Shown here one piece after another: positions 27,565 to 32,000 of a stretch of DNA of 32,000 nt. The DNA lies in assembly GCA_964522485.1 (NCBI GenBank), contig CAZFUS010000008.1, positions 15,042-47,041 of the forward strand, read 5' to 3'. The stretch comes from an uncultured Enterobacteriaceae bacterium (GTDB taxonomy: Bacteria; Pseudomonadota; Gammaproteobacteria; Methylohalomonadales; Methylohalomonadaceae). A program made the position numbers and the translations under genes. Position 1 is the stretch's first letter. Each line of letters begins with the position of its first letter. The notes under the pieces were generated by a model. The model was given only the letters and a program-made list of their open reading frames with translations, was not told the origin of the DNA and did not search any database.

Positions 27565-29034
27565 TTACGGCAGGCAATCCATGTATTGCTCTAGATCCCA
27601 TTCCGTTACCGTTGCCAGAAAGGTTTCCCATTCGTCACGTTTATAGTCATCAAAAACCTTGTACAGTTCTCCCGGCAGCGCTGATTTGACAGTTTCATCC
27701 TGTTCCAGAGCATCGAGCGCTTCTCCAAGTGAAATCGGGATCCTGGTATATTTTTCCTTAACCTCTTCCATTACATCATAAATATTACGCTGCTCAGGCT
27801 CTCCCGGATCCGCCTTCTCATTAATGCCTTCGCTCATCGTTTTCAGAAGGCCAGCACCGAGCAGATAAGGATTGTTGGCAGAATCAACCGTCTTATATTC
27901 GAAGCGTCCCGGCGCTGAATTGCGAACACCGGCGGTGCGGTTTTGATACCCCCAGTTGGCGTATACCGGCGCCCAGTAACCGGTATCAAGAAGACGGCGA
28001 TAGGAATTAACATTGGAACAGCCCAGAACAGTCAGGCCGCGTAAATGCTTCAGAATACCGCCCAGAGCATATTTACCGATTTTCCCCGGTTCACGCGGAT
28101 TATCACCTTCCGGCATAAAAGTATTATCACCCTCTAAGGCATAGGTGAAAACAGCCTCCATGCCTGGCAGATCAGTGTTGCCCAGCTGCTTTACCTCGGT
28201 TTTGCCACCGCGCCAAAGGGAGATATTGGTATGACATGCAGAAGCGGAAACATGCATGAACGGCTTTGACATGAAACAGGCAATAAGATTGTATTCACGT
28301 GCCACCTGGGCACAGATCTGGCGATAGGTCGTCAACCGATCAGAGTTCCGCAAAATATCATCAAATGTGAAATTCAGTTCCAGTTGTCCAGGCGCATCTT
28401 CATGATCACCCTGAATAATGTCCAGCCCCATCTGCCGGGAATATTCGATAACCTGCATATAAACCGGCCGTAGCGATTCGAACTGATCGATGTGATAGCA
28501 GAACGGCTTGCTATAACCACCGGCAGGTTTGCCATCTTCACCCCGCTTCAGCCACATCATTTCCGGCTCGGTACCTGCACGTAGTTGCAGACCATGCTCA
28601 TCCTGGAATTCCTGGTGTATGCGGCGCAGATTGCCGCGGCAGTCGGAGTCAAGAAATGCACCGGGATTGTCCGGATGCTCGCGGCCTCGAAACAATGTAC
28701 AGAAAACACGTGCCACGCGCTTATCCCAGGGCAGCTGAACAAAGGTTTCAGGCTCCGGAATACCAACCAGCTCCCAGGCTTCGGGGCCATAACCAAGATA
28801 GTGACCATGCCTGTCTATAAACAGATTGGCTGTCGAGCCATAAACAAGCTGAAAACCCTTTTCGGCAAAGCGCTCCCAGTGATCGGCTGGAGCACCCTTG
28901 CCCATAATGCGTCCGGTTACGGATACAAACTGAAAATAGATGTAATTAACGCCCAGAGTATTAATTTTCTTGCGAACTTCCTGGACCTTTTTATCCCGAC
29001 CAGGCGTATTGATAAAGTTCTCATAGTCAGTCAT
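27565..29034 (-). CDS. gmaS: Glutamine-synthetase-family ligase (GlnT/type III-like), likely gamma-glutamylmethylamide synthetase
   Basis: The 489-aa product has a GS catalytic-domain layout (...TEPEMMW..., GDHEDAPGQLELNF, MSKPF...SASACHTNISLW, NSYRRL, NRTAGVR). It lies directly upstream of mgsABC, the arrangement known for NMG-pathway clusters. An AGGGGA SD lies upstream. Confidence 0.8.
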   Translation of the reverse strand: MTDYENFINTPGRDKKVQEVRKKINTLGVNYIYFQFVSVTGRIMGKGAPADHWERFAEKGFQLVYGSTANLFIDRHGHYLGYGPEAWELVGIPEPETFVQLPWDKRVARVFCTLFRGREHPDNPGAFLDSDCRGNLRRIHQEFQDEHGLQLRAGTEPEMMWLKRGEDGKPAGGYSKPFCYHIDQFESLRPVYMQVIEYSRQMGLDIIQGDHEDAPGQLELNFTFDDILRNSDRLTTYRQICAQVAREYNLIACFMSKPFMHVSASACHTNISLWRGGKTEVKQLGNTDLPGMEAVFTYALEGDNTFMPEGDNPREPGKIGKYALGGILKHLRGLTVLGCSNVNSYRRLLDTGYWAPVYANWGYQNRTAGVRNSAPGRFEYKTVDSANNPYLLGAGLLKTMSEGINEKADPGEPEQRNIYDVMEEVKEKYTRIPISLGEALDALEQDETVKSALPGELYKVFDDYKRDEWETFLATVTEWDLEQYMDCLP

Positions 29035-29106
29035 GTTTATTCCCCTAGACTTGATAGTTTCGGTGTTGATTTACAATTCATGATTTCAGAGGGTTCAATA
29101 TATATC

Positions 29107-30450
29107 CTAGCTCCAAGGGAAGGGACTATGAGACGTGGGGTGCAGTCTCCCTTCCTTGTAACGCGAGAAGCGAAATGGTTCGAGCAACTCACTGGTCTTG
29201 CCCAATACTTCCTGAGCCACAAGTTCACCAACACCAATCATTTTGTAACCATGATTGGAATCGGCAATGATGTAACAGTTTTCGCGAAAAACATCGAACA
29301 ATGGGAAATTGTCCGGCGAGAAAGCTCCTATGCCGCCTGATGGCTCTTTCTTGTATGAAGGAAACTTGTCTTCAAACCGCTTCTGACAATGTGCCAGAGC
29401 CGAGCACCACATATTGGCGAAGTCTTCACCGACAATATAATCCGGTGACTCGGTTCCATAGGGATCAATTCGCACTTTATCCGGATCCGTTTTGACTTCA
29501 AACGGAGCGGATCCACCCTGGATACCACCGAAATAGGGGTCCGGCTTATAATAAATTCCCCATATTTTATCTGTAACAAGAGAGCCATCCTTGACGGAAT
29601 ACAAAGGTGCGTCCGTATCAACATGCACTACAGGAGGCAACTTTCCGTCATTAGTTCTTTGTAAGTCAGGATCCACACCCAGTGTGCCTTCCTGCAGCGA
29701 CCAGAAGACCCACATGGGAACATCTTTGTGAATTTTTCCCTGCAGATCCTTGACCTCAATCTTCTTGGGAAGCTCCAGCATATCCCATATCGGTTTGATC
29801 CATGGGCCTGCACCGACGATGACGTAATCACATTCAATAACACCTTTATCGGTTTCCACTGCTTTAACGGTCTTGCTGCCATCTGCAGATTTAAAGCCGG
29901 TGACCTTGATACCCGTTTCAATGTTTACGCCTTCATTACGCGCCTTATCCGCCAGGCCATGCATGCTTTTAATGTTATTGGCATAACCTCCACGTTTTTC
30001 ATGCAGCACTGATGTTATGTTCTTTGCCTGCCAGTCGTCGAATATGTTACGCATGTATTTCATTGACTCTTTTTCGCCTTCAATGAAAACAGACTCATAT
30101 CCAATTTCCTGCTGCTGTTTGGCAATGCTGGCCACATCTTCACGCATTACCTCGCAGCTAATCTGCAGATAGCCAACGGAATGATAAGTGTATGCCTCCG
30201 GATCCCTTTCCCAGACTCCTACACTATGCGCCATAAGCTTGCGCATTGCCGGTTGATAATAATTATTTCTTACTACTCCGCAAGCTATGCCGGAAGCGCC
30301 TGCACCAATATCCTTTTTGTCAACAACCAGAATATCCTTGCCGTCACCTAGCTTGCGCTCCTTTAACTGCCTGGCAAGATGATACGCTGTGCTGAGCCCA
30401 TGCACACCTGCGCCGATAACCAGGTACTTTGTATGACTGGGAAGCCCCAT
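29107..30450 (-). CDS. FAD-dependent oxidoreductase (DAO family; monomeric SoxB-like amine oxidase/dehydrogenase)
   Basis: The 447-aa product has the N-terminal motif KYLVIGAGVHGLSTAYHLA. GASGIACGVVRNNY parallels the GGGNTARNTAVIRSNY motif of the soxB product in this window. It is the first gene of the gmaS-mgs operon. Confidence 0.8.
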   Translation of the reverse strand: MGLPSHTKYLVIGAGVHGLSTAYHLARQLKERKLGDGKDILVVDKKDIGAGASGIACGVVRNNYYQPAMRKLMAHSVGVWERDPEAYTYHSVGYLQISCEVMREDVASIAKQQQEIGYESVFIEGEKESMKYMRNIFDDWQAKNITSVLHEKRGGYANNIKSMHGLADKARNEGVNIETGIKVTGFKSADGSKTVKAVETDKGVIECDYVIVGAGPWIKPIWDMLELPKKIEVKDLQGKIHKDVPMWVFWSLQEGTLGVDPDLQRTNDGKLPPVVHVDTDAPLYSVKDGSLVTDKIWGIYYKPDPYFGGIQGGSAPFEVKTDPDKVRIDPYGTESPDYIVGEDFANMWCSALAHCQKRFEDKFPSYKKEPSGGIGAFSPDNFPLFDVFRENCYIIADSNHGYKMIGVGELVAQEVLGKTSELLEPFRFSRYKEGRLHPTSHSPFPWS

Positions 30451-30584
30451 AATCAGAGAACCTCTTGAAATATTGCGAATGTACGATTAGCCATGAAATA
30501 TTTACACTGTTTCTGTGCTGCGGCAGAAAGCTGATATACACATAACCTGAATAACGTGAACTTCAACACAGGCCGGCAAATACC

Positions 30585-30620
30585 GTCAATTGCACACAAG
30601 ATATACCCCCTATTGAGTAT
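30585..30620 (-). promoter_or_regulatory. Composite upstream element facing the SoxB-like/gmaS/mgs operon
   Basis: On the - strand it reads ATACTCAATAGGGGGTAT-ATCTTG-TGTGCAATTGAC. Box, spacer length (6 nt) and 12-mer match the element at 10163-10198 (28 of 35 positions identical). It lies about 135 nt upstream of ATG 30450. Confidence 0.6.
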
Positions 30621-30828
30621 TTCTGCGGGGTCTTGTCTGGCTCTATTCTGTTATAGACAAGAAGTACAATTTTACCCGGTTGAACGGTCCGGAAATCAAC
30701 GGGATGCGAAAACAGGATTTTATAAAGAGCGGCATCCCCCGTCGCCTGATGCATAACCGAATATATTCCATGACGCCGGACAGCCGTCCCCGGCTGATGT
30801 ACCCATGCTAGAAAGAGGAAATGGCAGA

Positions 30829-31644
30829 ATGAATTATCCCGCAACACTCACCAGTCAGATCTCGGATGTTCAGAGAGAAGATGACATGCGCAACATCGCG
30901 ATCGACAAGGTAGGGATTAAGGATATCAATCATCCTGTAGTGATTATGGGCCACATGAACAGGGAGCAGCATACCGTAGCCAATTTCAATATGTATGTCA
31001 GCCTGCCGCATAATTTCAAAGGCACACACATGTCTCGATTCGTAGAGATACTGAATAATCACGAATACGAAATTACAGTTGAATCCTTCAAACTCATGCT
31101 CAGAGAAATGACCGATATGCTGGATTCCGATTCCGGTCATATAGAAATGTCATTCCCCTATTTCGTGGAAAAATTCGCGCCCGTGACCGGCGTCAAGAGT
31201 CTGCTGGACTACCGCGTGTCCTTTATTGCCGATATGCATAATGGTGGCGAGCCTTTAATGAAAATCAAGATTATTGTTCCCGTCACCACATTATGTCCAT
31301 GTGCAAAAAAAATCTCTGACTACGGCGCTCACAACCAGCGATCACATGTCACCTTGCATGTCGTGTTAAATACGGCGATCTGGATTGAAGAATTAATTGA
31401 TATGATTGAAAATTCCGCATCATGCGAACTCTACAGTCTACTGAAACGCACAGACGAGAAATATGTTACGGAGTACGCGTATAACAATCCAAAATTCGTC
31501 GAAGATATAGTTCGAGATATAGCAGTCAAGTTGAACAAAGACCTGCGCATTTCCGGGTACAGCGTGGAGTCTGAAAATTTCGAATCAATACACAATCATT
31601 CCGCATATGCAATGGTAACGAAAGATTACCATATACCAACATAA
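30829..31644 (+). CDS. folE2: GTP cyclohydrolase I type 2 (FolE2 / GCYH-IB, MptA family)
   Basis: [25 protein letters not shown], the KGTHMSRF motif and the C-terminal [12 protein letters not shown] are characteristic of FolE2. I prefer ATG 30829, which has GAGG about 10 nt upstream, over ATG 30805. Confidence 0.85.
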   Translation: MNYPATLTSQISDVQREDDMRNIAIDKVGIKDINHPVVIMGHMNREQHTVANFNMYVSLPHNFKGTHMSRFVEILNNHEYEITVESFKLMLREMTDMLDSDSGHIEMSFPYFVEKFAPVTGVKSLLDYRVSFIADMHNGGEPLMKIKIIVPVTTLCPCAKKISDYGAHNQRSHVTLHVVLNTAIWIEELIDMIENSASCELYSLLKRTDEKYVTEYAYNNPKFVEDIVRDIAVKLNKDLRISGYSVESENFESIHNHSAYAMVTKDYHIPT

Positions 31645-31694
31645 TGAAATCTGCGTCGATTATAAGACAGACAACTAAAAAGGGTTGATAAATC

Positions 31695-31892
31695 ATGAAT
31701 TTTGGTGTGTGGGAACTGTTGATAGTTATGATAATTGTTGCCCTGGTCTTTGGAACGGCCAGACTTCGCAATATTGGCAGCGATCTTGGCAATGCTCTCA
31801 GAAGCTTTCGCGGCGCATTGAATGATGACGATGACGAGCACATGGCATTGCATGCTATGGATAAGGATGGCAGAGAAACTAAAGACAAATAA
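31695..31892 (+). CDS. tatA: Twin-arginine translocase subunit TatA/E
   Basis: The 65-aa product starts MNFGVWELLIVMIIVALVFGTARLRNIGSDLGNALRSFRGAL. This gives a single N-terminal TM helix, an amphipathic helix and an acidic tail, matching the TatA consensus. Confidence 0.85.
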   Translation: MNFGVWELLIVMIIVALVFGTARLRNIGSDLGNALRSFRGALNDDDDEHMALHAMDKDGRETKDK

Positions 31893-32000
31893 ATCGATTA
31901 TTGTTTGAGACAGGTTCGGCTACAGGCGCGTCGACCGAACAAAGGCAGCTGTAGAAAATCGCATCTTAACGGAATCAACCGCTTTTACTTTTAAATTCAC

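Noticed and set aside
30648-30670. A Zur box in front of folE2
   Set aside because: Only a TGTTATA half-site resembles the consensus as I remember it and the palindrome is imperfect. It is kept only as a low-interest note under the inverted repeat finding.
31893-32000. The hairpin GTTCGG...CCGAAC after tatA, considered as a terminator, and an expected tatB
   Set aside because: The stem is only 6 bp with a 15-nt loop and no T tract. No ORF start for tatB is visible in the remaining 108 nt, so nothing can be supported.

Overview
This 32 kb bacterial window is almost entirely a methylated-amine (C1-amine) catabolic island. I cannot assign a taxon from the sequence alone. I saw no rRNA, tRNA, CRISPR array, transposase or integrase. 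There are three main transcription blocks. (1) Minus strand, 9952 to 236: a GcvT-like folate enzyme, an FNR-like reductase, trimethylamine dehydrogenase (TMADH), an EtfD/DgcB-like membrane Fe-S oxidoreductase, a roughly 500-aa LRV/HEAT-repeat protein, then EtfB and EtfA. (2) Plus strand, 10361 to about 22770: a heterotetrameric sarcosine-oxidase-type soxBDAG set (in this context probably N-methylglutamate dehydrogenase, mgdABCD), a five-gene Liv/HAAT-type ABC transporter, a TPR protein, an N-formylglutamate-amidohydrolase-family protein and two doubtful small ORFs. (3) Minus strand, 30450 to 22777: a monomeric SoxB-like flavoprotein, a glutamine-synthetase-like GmaS, MgsA/B/C (N-methylglutamate synthase; GlxBCD-like), two unknown ORFs and a GFA-family protein. 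folE2 and tatA close the window. The points most worth follow-up are listed here. (a) A composite cis-element recurs upstream of the catabolic operons, and no obvious regulator is encoded in the window. (b) No recognisable dimethylamine-oxidising enzyme is present, and the candidates are a translationally coupled GcvT-like/FNR-like pair and an extra SoxB-like flavoprotein. (c) A GC-rich LRV-repeat gene sits inside the tmd-etf operon. (d) Two unknown ORFs are tightly appended to mgsC. (e) Adjacent genes differ strongly in base composition. All functional calls rest on my recognition of protein motifs and gene context, and no database search was run.
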